Positions 11,820 to 20,401 are shown, counted from the stretch's first letter. The stretch is DNA of 64,000 nucleotides from an uncultured Bacteroidales bacterium (GCA_964599365.1 CAZRFL010000007.1:12909-76908), one strand, 5' to 3'. Made by a program: numbers and translations. The notes: a model not told the origin generated them from the sequence alone.

Positions 11820-11853
11820 AAACAAAAATGCCCGGCAATTTCTTACCGGGCAT
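11820..11853 (-). terminator. Terminator hairpin downstream of the rubrerythrin-like gene
   Basis: 8-bp stem: atgcccgg (11828-11835) pairs with ccgggcat (11846-11853), 10-nt loop. On the minus strand it is followed by UUUUUGUUU. It lies 22 nt after the stop. Confidence 0.65.
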
Positions 11854-11874
11854 TTCATAGCACAAAAGCATTTA

Positions 11875-12537
11875 TTATTTTATGGGAATGAATTTATCTT
11901 TTCCGGTAGAGCATAGCTCGCATTCATCCTCCACATCCTTGGTGGTGTAGGTGAATCCGCATTTGGGGCAGACAAGATAATCAGAAGCCAGGGTTTTAAC
12001 TTTGTTGGCAGCCAGGGCATCGCTGGCGGCTTTGTACAGGGTCATGTGTTTCTTTTCGGTTTCGAAAGCCCAGCTAAAAGATTTAATGGCTTTTTCGGCT
12101 TTATCCACTTTTGCCTGATCGATAAATCCCTGGTACATGGCTTCTACTTCGTGTTTTTCGCCGGCATAAGCAGCTTCCAAATTTTCTTTGGTGGTTTTCA
12201 CTTCGAAAGTTTCGGGCGTAACATTTACGGTTTCTCCCATTTCTTCCAACACTTTTTTGTGGTTGGCTGCATGAATGCTTTCCGATTTGGAAGTAGCATT
12301 GAATAAAGAAGCGATCTGAGGCAATTTTTCCTCAGTTGCTTTGGCAGCAAAAGCAGCGTATTTGGCCGAGGCAGTGGTTTCGCCTTGCAGGGCCGCCTTC
12401 AAATTCTCAACTGTCTGATTCACCTTTTTGGTGCTGTCCTGTTGATCTTTGTTTTCACCGTTTTGTTTGTTTCCGCCGCACGATGCGACAAATACTGCCA
12501 TAGCAGCAATCAGTACAAAATTTACAATCTTTTTCAT
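11875..12537 (-). CDS. Rubrerythrin-family protein with a lipoprotein signal peptide
   Basis: 220 aa. Lipobox FVASCGG. Diiron four-helix motifs: LQGETTASAKY, SESIHAANH, YAGEKHEVEAMY, ETEKKHMTLY. C-terminal rubredoxin-like CPKCG...CELCS. Confidence 0.8.
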   Translation of the reverse strand: MKKIVNFVLIAAMAVFVASCGGNKQNGENKDQQDSTKKVNQTVENLKAALQGETTASAKYAAFAAKATEEKLPQIASLFNATSKSESIHAANHKKVLEEMGETVNVTPETFEVKTTKENLEAAYAGEKHEVEAMYQGFIDQAKVDKAEKAIKSFSWAFETEKKHMTLYKAASDALAANKVKTLASDYLVCPKCGFTYTTKDVEDECELCSTGKDKFIPIK

Positions 12538-12558
12538 AATTTTTATTTTTGGTTAAGG

Positions 12559-12990
12559 TTAAATTCCGACCATAAAGTCATAAACCAGCGAACCACCCAG
12601 AAAACCGGTATAGCCTACGGTTACAACCGCAATAAAAAATAAAGCAAAGACCAGCCATTTGAGGCCACTATTTTCTTTTTTAAATATTACCAATATTATC
12701 CTTATGACTGATGCAAGAATCATCACAAACATGGTGATCATGGCAAAAAGTTCGTGACGTTCTTTTAACTCTCCGGCAGCGCCCGACATTTCAGCGGTAA
12801 AAAATTCTCCGGACAGATAAGCTGCCACAGCTCCCAGAGTTCCTAAGATCATAAGATAAAAACCGGCTTTCGACAAACAGGGTTCTTTTTTGTTAAAGAA
12901 CAAACTTATTACATCGAAAAAAAATCCGATGGTTATTAAGGCTACCGGAAAATGAACCAGCATGGGATGAAAGTGACCTGAACTAAGCAT
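12559..12990 (-). CDS. DUF2231-like small membrane protein
   Basis: 143 aa, 4 TM. The N-terminal HPMLVHFPVALITIG resembles the DUF2231 signature as I remember it. Confidence 0.6.
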   Translation of the reverse strand: MLSSGHFHPMLVHFPVALITIGFFFDVISLFFNKKEPCLSKAGFYLMILGTLGAVAAYLSGEFFTAEMSGAAGELKERHELFAMITMFVMILASVIRIILVIFKKENSGLKWLVFALFFIAVVTVGYTGFLGGSLVYDFMVGI

Positions 12991-13020
12991 AGTTTCTAAA
13001 TTTTCTGTAAAACTAATGAT

Positions 13021-15168
13021 TTATCTGATGATATTCATTTCCGTTATCAGATTTTTTGCCCCGGCATACTTGTCGATGATGAACAGAACGTAACGGATAT
13101 CGACGTTGATGGTCCTTTGCAGCTCGGGTTCGAAACAAATGTTGCCGCTCATGGCTTCCCAGTTGCCGTCGAAAGCCAGACCCACGAGGTATCCGTTTCC
13201 ATCTAAAACAGGGCTTCCCGAATTGCCTCCGGTGATGTCGTTATTCGAAATAAAGTCGGTTTTCATGATGCCGTTCTCTCCATATTCGCCGAAATCTTTT
13301 GCCTGATACAAAGCTTTCAATTTCGGAGAAACCACAAACTCCCAACTGCTGGAATCTTCTTTTTGCATGACGCCTTCCAGCGTAGTGTAATACTTATAAT
13401 GCACCGCATCAGAAGGATAATAATCCATCACTTTTCCGTAGGTGAGGCGCATGGTTTGGTTGGCATCCGGGTAATATTTGGTGTCGGGATTCATTTCGCG
13501 CAGCCCGGCAATGAACAGGCGTTTGGCCCCCGAGAGTTTGTTGTACGAATCGTTCCACGATTTGCTCAGGTTGTTATAGCTGTCAGCAAAAGAATTCATC
13601 AGTAGAAATAGGGCGTCCGATTCCAGGGCTTTCAGCGTAGGCTTATTCAGAAATGCATCCGTGCCTTCTCTGCTCTTAAAAAAGGATTTGCTGAACATGG
13701 CTGCCGTGAGTTTGGTAAAATCCGATTTGTACTTACCTACCAGTTTAATGAAGTATTCGGGCTGCTGTTCTTTGGGCACATTTTTGTAATACATGTCGAG
13801 CATGGCAGCAGTGATCTTCATATCTGTAGACAGACTATAATCTTTGTACAATCTTTCTGAACCTTTTTTTAGCTCATTAGTCTTAGCATGTATTTTTGCC
13901 GTATCCTGAACCTTCTCATTGAGCAGAACCAGTAATTCGCCGAAGCGGCGGGTAAAAGACATGGCCTCGCAACCCATAATGGCTTCAGTATAATAAATAC
14001 GGGCGATATTGGTGCTTCGCAAAGCCGTATAAGATTCATTAATAGTGGAAATAACCGTGCCGTATTTCTCTTTTCGGGTATTATCGGCCGTCGCCCAGTT
14101 GTTGAATGCGGCTTCTGTTTGCCTTTTCTTATCAGCCACATTCAGTTTATTCAATGCTTTCACAGTTCCGATAAAGTTCTTCCAATAGTTGGCAATGCCG
14201 GCATATTTCGAAGCATATTTGATGCGGATCTCGTCGTTGACATCCATATCGGCTCGCATGATCTCCAGTTTCTTTCCGCGTATATCGATGCGGTTAGGGT
14301 ATGATTGGGTCAGATAAAAATCGATGCCATAGGAAGTCAGGTAGCGTTCGGTGGTTCCAGGGTAGCCTAATATCATGGTGAAATCATTATTCTTAACTCC
14401 CTTGATGGAAACAGGCAAAGAATATTTGGGTTTCATGGGGACATTCTTGTCGGAATAGGGAGCAGGACTTCCATCAGGGGCAGTGTAAACCCTGAACAAA
14501 GAAAAATCGCAGGTATGACGCGGCCACATCCAGTTGTCGGTATCGGCACCGAACTTTCCTATGGATGAAGGGGGAGCGCCCGCCAGTCGGATGTCTTTAT
14601 AGGTTTGATAAACGAAAAGATAAAATTCGTTGCCTTCGAAAAAGCTTTTTACCACGGCATCATATCCGTTTCCTGAAGTAGCTTCTTTTTGCAGGGTTTC
14701 GGAAATCTCTTTGATCTTTTTGGTGCGCTCGTCTTCGCTCATGGTGGAGTTGAGTTGCGACAATACTTTTTGCGAAACATCTTCAATGCGTGCCAGAAAT
14801 CTGACGGTGAGACCCTGTATGGGTATCTCTTCTCTTGTATTCATGGCCCAGAAACCCTGAGTCAGGTAATCGTGTTCCACCGTGCTTTTCGATTGAATGG
14901 CGCCGTAGCCGCAATGATGATTGGTGAGCAGCAATCCCTGCGAAGAGATCATTTCGCCCGTGCATCCGTTGCCAAAAATAACAATGGCATCTTTCAGGCT
15001 CGATTGGTTCACACTGTAAATTTCTTCGGCGGTGAGCTTGAGTCCCATCTTCTGCATGTCCACATAATTCAGGCGGTCTATGAACAGTGGCAACCACATT
15101 CCTTCGTCAGCAATGGCGAGGCTCTTTCCTGCCACTATGAAAACCAACAATAACAATAACTTTTTCAT
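13021..15168 (-). CDS. S46-family dipeptidyl-peptidase (DPP7/DPP11-like)
   Basis: 715 aa. Signal peptide followed by DEGMWLP. Catalytic-triad contexts LTNHHCG and GGNSGSPVLD. Confidence 0.9.
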   Translation of the reverse strand: MKKLLLLLVFIVAGKSLAIADEGMWLPLFIDRLNYVDMQKMGLKLTAEEIYSVNQSSLKDAIVIFGNGCTGEMISSQGLLLTNHHCGYGAIQSKSTVEHDYLTQGFWAMNTREEIPIQGLTVRFLARIEDVSQKVLSQLNSTMSEDERTKKIKEISETLQKEATSGNGYDAVVKSFFEGNEFYLFVYQTYKDIRLAGAPPSSIGKFGADTDNWMWPRHTCDFSLFRVYTAPDGSPAPYSDKNVPMKPKYSLPVSIKGVKNNDFTMILGYPGTTERYLTSYGIDFYLTQSYPNRIDIRGKKLEIMRADMDVNDEIRIKYASKYAGIANYWKNFIGTVKALNKLNVADKKRQTEAAFNNWATADNTRKEKYGTVISTINESYTALRSTNIARIYYTEAIMGCEAMSFTRRFGELLVLLNEKVQDTAKIHAKTNELKKGSERLYKDYSLSTDMKITAAMLDMYYKNVPKEQQPEYFIKLVGKYKSDFTKLTAAMFSKSFFKSREGTDAFLNKPTLKALESDALFLLMNSFADSYNNLSKSWNDSYNKLSGAKRLFIAGLREMNPDTKYYPDANQTMRLTYGKVMDYYPSDAVHYKYYTTLEGVMQKEDSSSWEFVVSPKLKALYQAKDFGEYGENGIMKTDFISNNDITGGNSGSPVLDGNGYLVGLAFDGNWEAMSGNICFEPELQRTINVDIRYVLFIIDKYAGAKNLITEMNIIR

Positions 15169-15252
15169 GTATTTTTCGTATCAATTAGATTAATCAAGGC
15201 AAAAATAAATAGATTTTGCCAACAGACCGAACTATTTTGGTGTTTATAAATC

Positions 15253-16572
15253 ATGTTCTGTAGGAAATTGTCAATGCAAATCATAAAACAATACGGGGTT
15301 ATCATCCTGCTTTTGTTCATTGGCCTTGTGATTTCAGGCTGCCACCGCGACCTTTCCGATCCCTTTGTTCCCAAGGATAAGAAGTTCAAAACCCAGTTCA
15401 AGTTCGACAAGAAAAGGAACCGTACCGTCGAGAAGCATGTTTCCTTTGCCAAAGAAAAAGGCAAGTTCAAAGATTCATTTGCTGGCAGCCACGGCAGGGG
15501 CAAAAAAGGCGGCGGAAGCCACGACTCCTATTCTTCCAAATCGAAAAAGAGCTATGGAGGCACCCGCTTCAGTAAATCGAAAGGACGTGTGGTAGAAAAA
15601 GGATTTTTACCCTCCAAACGCAACAATGATTCCTACTCTTCCAAGGCGGGCCACAAGGACAAGAAGCACCGCAAGGGCGGCAAAGACTCCTACTCCTCGA
15701 GCATGAAGAAACATGAGAGCGGCAACCGTTTCAGCAAGTCGAAGAACCGGGTAGTCTCTTTCAAAAATGGCAGCAAAGGCAAACGAAACGGCAGCGAAAG
15801 CTTCGGATCCAAGAGAAAGGACAAGTCAGGCAATTTCAGTTTCAGTACCTCCAAAAACCGTGTGGTTTCCAACAAGGGAAGCCGGGGAGGAAACCGTGGG
15901 GGTAAAGACAGTTACGGTTCGAAAGGCAAAAGGAACTCAGGGAATTTCGGGTTCAACAAATCGAAAAAGCGGGTGGTGTCCTTCAAAAAAGGCGGCCGCA
16001 ACCGCATCAGCGGTGCAGACAGCTATGGAGGCAAGACCAACAGCAAGGGCAGCATGTTCCGCTTCGACAAAAAGAGCAAGCGAATAGTCTCGAAAAAGAA
16101 ATTCCTGGTATTCGGTTCCAAGAAAAATAGCCGCGACATGGGTTCCTATGCCGGTAAGAAAAGAAACTCGGGAGGTATGTTCTCCTTTAATTCGAAAAAG
16201 CACAGGGTGACCCGAACCAAGGCGGTCTTCAACGGCTTCAAACGTTTCAGGGCGGGCGACAGCTTCGGAGGAAAGCGAAAAAGCAAGGGAGGCGAATTCA
16301 GCTTCAACGTAAAGAAAAAACGTGTGGGCAAAAGAACCCTGCTATTCAAACCCCGCGACACCGACCCGGGTTCTTTCGGAAGCAAAGGAGGCAAAAGAAA
16401 TTCGCTTTACAAACAGAACTCTTTCAGCAAGAAGAAAAAGCGCATACACCATCGCAACGGCTTCTTCTGGGATCTGTTCGGAGGCCGCAACAAAGTCAGC
16501 CGAAAGAAAGACGAACTGCAACTCGACCTGTTCGATCCGAAACAAAAACACAGAATGCATCTTGCTCGATAA
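15253..16572 (+). CDS. Extremely basic, K/R/G/S-rich tandem-module lipoprotein (orphan)
   Basis: 439 aa. Lipobox LVISGC. About 8 modules of ~37 aa with the pattern DS[YF]G[SG]K-x-SG-x-F-[SGR]-F-x2-SK-x-R[VI]V, for example GNRFSKSKNRVVSFK, GNFSFSTSKNRVVSNK, GNFGFNKSKKRVVSFK, SMFRFDKKSKRIVSKK. It is the only long ORF in the region. An alternative start exists at 15274. Confidence 0.65.
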   Translation: MFCRKLSMQIIKQYGVIILLLFIGLVISGCHRDLSDPFVPKDKKFKTQFKFDKKRNRTVEKHVSFAKEKGKFKDSFAGSHGRGKKGGGSHDSYSSKSKKSYGGTRFSKSKGRVVEKGFLPSKRNNDSYSSKAGHKDKKHRKGGKDSYSSSMKKHESGNRFSKSKNRVVSFKNGSKGKRNGSESFGSKRKDKSGNFSFSTSKNRVVSNKGSRGGNRGGKDSYGSKGKRNSGNFGFNKSKKRVVSFKKGGRNRISGADSYGGKTNSKGSMFRFDKKSKRIVSKKKFLVFGSKKNSRDMGSYAGKKRNSGGMFSFNSKKHRVTRTKAVFNGFKRFRAGDSFGGKRKSKGGEFSFNVKKKRVGKRTLLFKPRDTDPGSFGSKGGKRNSLYKQNSFSKKKKRIHHRNGFFWDLFGGRNKVSRKKDELQLDLFDPKQKHRMHLAR

Positions 16573-16601
16573 TAATAATTAATTTCGCAAAAATATTCCT
16601 G

Positions 16602-17342
16602 ATGGAGTTTGCCGACAGAAAGATACCAGTGTTGTTGTACCACCGCGTCCTGAAAAGAGGCGACGTTAAGGGTCGGCACAAGATCTATATCTACGAGGAT
16701 AAGTTTCGCAGGCAAATGCAGTTCCTGAAACAAGCCGGCTACTCCGTAATCACTTTCGAAGATATTTATTACAACCGGGTTCCGGCGGATGGCAGTCCGA
16801 AGATCATCATTACTTTCGACGACGGCTACGAGGACAATTACAAGACGGCCTTCCCCATTCTGAAAGAATTCGGTTTTCGTGCTGTGATATTTCTGGTAAC
16901 AGGCGTGCAGCGCAACGAATGGGGCATAGTGGAAGGAGAACCGGCCATCCCCATGATGGATGAGCAGATGCTGCAGGAAATGCAGGACTTTGGATTTGAA
17001 CTTGGCGGACATACTGTCAACCATAAAGCCCTCACAAACTTGGGAGTTGAGGAGGCAATGAGCGAAATTTCCGGCTGCAAGACCGATCTGGAACAAAGAT
17101 ACCATAAGCCTGTTCTGAGTTTTTCCTATCCTTTCGGGGCACAGAATCAAGAGATAAAACAAATGGTGGCTCAAAGCGGTTTTATTTATGGAATCGCTAC
17201 CAATACCGGCCCTGACGATCTTTTTTCTGATCTGCTTCAGATCCGCAGAAATGAAATAGGCCCGAGAACGACCTTATGTTCGTTCAGAAAGAAAGCAGGT
17301 GCCTCAAAAAGTGTGTTTAATTTTTTTAAAAAATCAAAATAA
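16602..17342 (+). CDS. Polysaccharide deacetylase (NodB-homology domain)
   Basis: 246 aa. Contains IIITFDDGYEDNY (TFDDG motif), VIFLVTG, and GGHTVNHKAL. Confidence 0.85.
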   Translation: MEFADRKIPVLLYHRVLKRGDVKGRHKIYIYEDKFRRQMQFLKQAGYSVITFEDIYYNRVPADGSPKIIITFDDGYEDNYKTAFPILKEFGFRAVIFLVTGVQRNEWGIVEGEPAIPMMDEQMLQEMQDFGFELGGHTVNHKALTNLGVEEAMSEISGCKTDLEQRYHKPVLSFSYPFGAQNQEIKQMVAQSGFIYGIATNTGPDDLFSDLLQIRRNEIGPRTTLCSFRKKAGASKSVFNFFKKSK

Positions 17343-17343
17343 G

Positions 17344-18216
17344 ATGAAAGTTTCGGGATTTACCTTTGTGCGTAACGGCGTTAAATACGATTATCCTGTG
17401 GTGGAAAGCATACGTTCCATTTTACCGGTGTGCGACGAACTGGTGGTGGCCGTAGGAAATTCGGAGGACAATACCCTCGAACTGATCAAAAGTATCAACG
17501 ACCCCAAAATAAAGATCATTGAGACCATTTGGGACGATAGCCTGCGCAAAGGCGGACGGGTGTTGGCCGTAGAAACCGATAAGGCTTTTGAGGCCATTGC
17601 CGACGATAGCGACTGGGCTTTTTATGTGCAGGCCGACGAGGTGTTTCACGAGAAAGATATGAAGGCCATTTACGATGCCATGGTGCTTTATAAAGACGAC
17701 AAACATGTGGAGGGACTCATCTTCCGTTATCTGAATTTCTTTGGTTCTTACGATTATGTGGCCGATTCGCACAAATGGTTGAAGGATGAGATTCGTGTGA
17801 TACGCAACGATAAAACCATACGCTCGTGGAAAGATGCCATGAGTTTCCGCCGCGATGCCAAGGTGCTTAACGTGAAAAGAGTGGATGCCGACATTTTCCA
17901 TTACGGTTGGGTGAAGGACCCCAGAACCCAGATGGTGAAACGCAAAGATTTCGAAAAACTATGGCACGACGACAACTGGGTGGATAAAAACGTGGGCGAT
18001 GCCGACGAATTCGACTACCAGAACATTGATATGCTTTCGCTTTACCAGGGCACTCATCCCGAGGTTATGAAAGAAAGAATTGAGCGTGTGAACTGGAAGT
18101 TCTCCTTCGATCCCGTGAAGCGGCTGAAAGTTTCCTTCCGCATCAAACTCCTGAACTTCGTCCACAAATATCTGGGCTGGAAGATAGGCTTGTTTAAGAA
18201 TTACAAGGAGATATAA
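17344..18216 (+). CDS. Glycosyltransferase family 2-like protein
   Basis: N-terminus MKVSGFTFVRNGVKYDYPVVESIRSILPVCDELVVAVGNSEDNTLELI and YVQADEVFHE. I prefer the ATG at 17344 (1 nt after the deacetylase stop) over the track start at 17299, which overlaps the upstream gene. Confidence 0.6.
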   Translation: MKVSGFTFVRNGVKYDYPVVESIRSILPVCDELVVAVGNSEDNTLELIKSINDPKIKIIETIWDDSLRKGGRVLAVETDKAFEAIADDSDWAFYVQADEVFHEKDMKAIYDAMVLYKDDKHVEGLIFRYLNFFGSYDYVADSHKWLKDEIRVIRNDKTIRSWKDAMSFRRDAKVLNVKRVDADIFHYGWVKDPRTQMVKRKDFEKLWHDDNWVDKNVGDADEFDYQNIDMLSLYQGTHPEVMKERIERVNWKFSFDPVKRLKVSFRIKLLNFVHKYLGWKIGLFKNYKEI

Positions 18217-18341
18217 GCTGGAAATAGGAATTAAGGCTTATCCCTGTTCGGCTTAGGCCAGCCTAAGTCGTTTCTATTCTTTCTGGTTTCGCCTGATTTT
18301 TTAATCACATAAATCAATAAAATCAGATGAATCATCACCTG

Positions 18342-18356
18342 CCTGCCGAAGGCAGG
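18342..18356. other. Small GC-rich hairpin (6-bp stem, 3-nt loop) between convergent genes
   Basis: cctgcc-gaa-ggcagg, 3 nt beyond the stop of the XRE gene. No adjacent U-run, so it is not a canonical terminator. Same style as the hairpins at 23478-23617. Confidence 0.5.
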
Positions 18357-18358
18357 GT

Positions 18359-18712
18359 TCAGACAATTTCCCCACTTTCAGATATATCTTCTTTCTTATC
18401 GCAATCGAAGCACAACCTTTTACACTCGGGCATGGGGCATTGCCTTAGATGTTGAAAAGCCGGAGCTCCCGTGAAGGCTCTTAATTCGGGGGTGTTGTGA
18501 AATTCAAAATCTGTAACTCCCAATCCTTTATACAGTTTTTGTTTGTTTCTAAAAGAAATCTCTTTTTTCCCGTTTTCAATATCAGAAAGTACACTAATAT
18601 GCAATCCTGAAGTCTCGTGCAGGGTTTGCAAACTCCAATTTTTATCGTTACGAAGCTTCAGTGCCCTTTTGCCAAATTCTTTTAAGTATTCTTTAGATTC
18701 CTTATCTGCCAT
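18359..18712 (-). CDS. XRE/Cro-C1-type HTH transcriptional regulator with a C-terminal 4-Cys cluster
   Basis: 117 aa. HTH_3-like segment WSLQTLHETSGLHISVLSDIENGKKEISFRNKQKLYKGLG. C-terminus CPMPECKRLCFDCDKK (C-x4-C-x3-C-x2-C). Confidence 0.8.
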   Translation of the reverse strand: MADKESKEYLKEFGKRALKLRNDKNWSLQTLHETSGLHISVLSDIENGKKEISFRNKQKLYKGLGVTDFEFHNTPELRAFTGAPAFQHLRQCPMPECKRLCFDCDKKEDISESGEIV

Positions 18713-18969
18713 GGGTTACAGAGTTTTTACCAAATCAAATTTTCATTAATCCGTGAAAACCATTTCTTGACTTGTGCTGGTTAAGAAATTACCTTTACAC
18801 TCACATAGAAAATTTATAATACCAAAAGTAAATTTTTTTTAATTGCGTTCTATTAGTTGTAAAATAATTTTATAGTTCTTTCACATATTACAAGTTTTCC
18901 GCTTGCAGCAAAAGGCAATAGGCGATTGGTAAAATAAACGGAGGGCACTGCAGAATTTATTACAGAGTC

Positions 18970-19242
18970 TGCAGCCTGCGTTATGCATCCTGCACCACGC
19001 GTTTTTCGTTCTGCATTATGCGTTATTCATTCTGCACCATGCGTTATTCATTTTGCACTATGCGTTATTCATTCTGCACTATGCGTTATTCGTTCTGCAT
19101 CATGCGTTATTCATTCTGCACCATGCGTTATTCGTTTTGCACCATGCGTTATTCATTCTGCATCACGCGTTATTTGTTCTGCACCATGCGTTATTTGTTC
19201 TGCACCATGCGTTATTCATTTTGCACCTTACGTTTGCATTTT
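18970..19242. repeat. Tandem array, 13 units of exactly 21 bp (consensus tgcaccatgcgttattcattc)
   Basis: Units start at 18970+21k (k=0..12) with no indels. The ten central units differ only by transitions. It lies between the divergent XRE gene (ATG at 18712) and the orphan gene (ATG at 19346). Confidence 0.95.
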
Positions 19243-19345
19243 GCCTTCAGGAACCTTACCCATAATTTTTTTATCATACAGTTAATCAATAAAATAAAAT
19301 AACAATTGTTTCGTAAACCCAATTATTTATTTAAAATCCAAACCC

Positions 19346-20248
19346 ATGAATTATAAAGTTATTGTACGCGACAAAGCCCAAATGAGGGGCGATAAGTTTC
19401 TCACTGATAATAATACGGCATTGAGTGCCATTACCTCCTATGCACCTATTAAAGCCAAATGGGATGCCGGATTTTTGCTTACGCAAAAAGCCAAACAGAA
19501 AATGTATGAGCAATACGGGTATATCACCTTTGACAAGAAGTTGGTAAGGGCCGAAATGATCAATATTTTTCTGCCCCAACTAGCCAAGGGCAGTAGTCAG
19601 ATGTTTGTGGCCGACAGGCTTGATTTGGCTAAGGCTCTGGATATAGCTCCTACATTTTTAACGCATTGTGGGGGTGAAGCCTGTATAGGTCGTGCCACCG
19701 ATTTGCTGAATATAGTTACCACCAATTCGGGTGTAATTACTTCGATTACCGTCACTGACAGAGCCGATATGACCGATGCACTGAAAGCTTTTAAGGACAT
19801 AAACGGTACTCCACAATCTCTCATTAAAAAGAGAAAAGCCGAAGGCACCGAAATTATGATTCCTTTGCTCAACGATCTGGATGTTACCAAACATTTTTTG
19901 ACCAAGCATATTTCGTCGCATAATCCCGATTTGTTGGCTGACTGGATTGCCATCATCAAGGTGGGTAAGTCGTCGTCGGCACGACATCTGTCGCTGGAGA
20001 TAAAATTGGTTGACGATGTAACGGGGGTGGCTGTGGTGAAGGGAGTAGTTACTTTGAGCAAAGGTATAGAAAAACATAAAAAACTCAGCAGCACAAAAGG
20101 TTTTGCACGCTTCTATAGTGTAATGGTGGGCACCTGGTCGTTTACGGTGGATAGCGAATTATATGAAAGCGCTAACATGTCGAATGTTGGAATTGATAAT
20201 ACAAAAACGGTTAGATTTACCATTAAACTGAAAAAGAAAAACTATTAG
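19346..20248 (+). CDS. Orphan protein: ~215-aa helical N-domain plus a C-terminal carboxypeptidase-regulatory-like (prealbumin-fold) domain
   Basis: 300 aa. The C-terminal IKLVDDVTGVAVVKGVVTLSKG...STKGFARFYSVMVGTWSFTVDSELYES...VRFTIKL fits the CarboxypepD_reg pattern by eye. The N-domain is not recognised. Confidence 0.6.
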   Translation: MNYKVIVRDKAQMRGDKFLTDNNTALSAITSYAPIKAKWDAGFLLTQKAKQKMYEQYGYITFDKKLVRAEMINIFLPQLAKGSSQMFVADRLDLAKALDIAPTFLTHCGGEACIGRATDLLNIVTTNSGVITSITVTDRADMTDALKAFKDINGTPQSLIKKRKAEGTEIMIPLLNDLDVTKHFLTKHISSHNPDLLADWIAIIKVGKSSSARHLSLEIKLVDDVTGVAVVKGVVTLSKGIEKHKKLSSTKGFARFYSVMVGTWSFTVDSELYESANMSNVGIDNTKTVRFTIKLKKKNY

Positions 20249-20401
20249 TCAGCCATTCGCCACTACGGTGGGAAAGAATGATTTACTAATGAGGCGGATG
20301 TTTTTTGTTGTATGGCTGAAAACCGGCTCAAGGGTATTTGTTGCCGCAGACTATTCTGTTGATGCCCGGATTATACTGAAAGCCAGCCCAGGCGAGCAGG
20401 C

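Noticed and set aside
14689-15153. 154-aa plus-strand ORF, plus several 60-165-aa ORFs inside other long genes (for example 6087..6584, 7540..7911, 17422..17901, 27282..27740, 27513..28019, 34830..35339, 60756..61316)
   Set aside because: All are nested in or antisense to genes with strong family signatures. None has a recognisable motif or signal.
16407-17174. 255-aa ORF on the minus strand
   Set aside because: It is antisense to the polysaccharide deacetylase (TFDDG and HxxxxH motifs on the plus strand) and to the 3' end of the basic-protein gene. No motifs were seen.
17299-17343. Upstream start for the GT2-like gene, as given in the ORF track
   Set aside because: It would overlap the deacetylase by 44 nt and add a non-conserved-looking leader (MPQKVCLIFLKNQNK). 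The ATG at 17344 gives the typical MKVSGFTFVRN start.
18970-19242. Possible CRISPR array
   Set aside because: The 21-bp units are directly adjacent with no unique spacers, and no cas genes are in the window. It is a plain tandem repeat.
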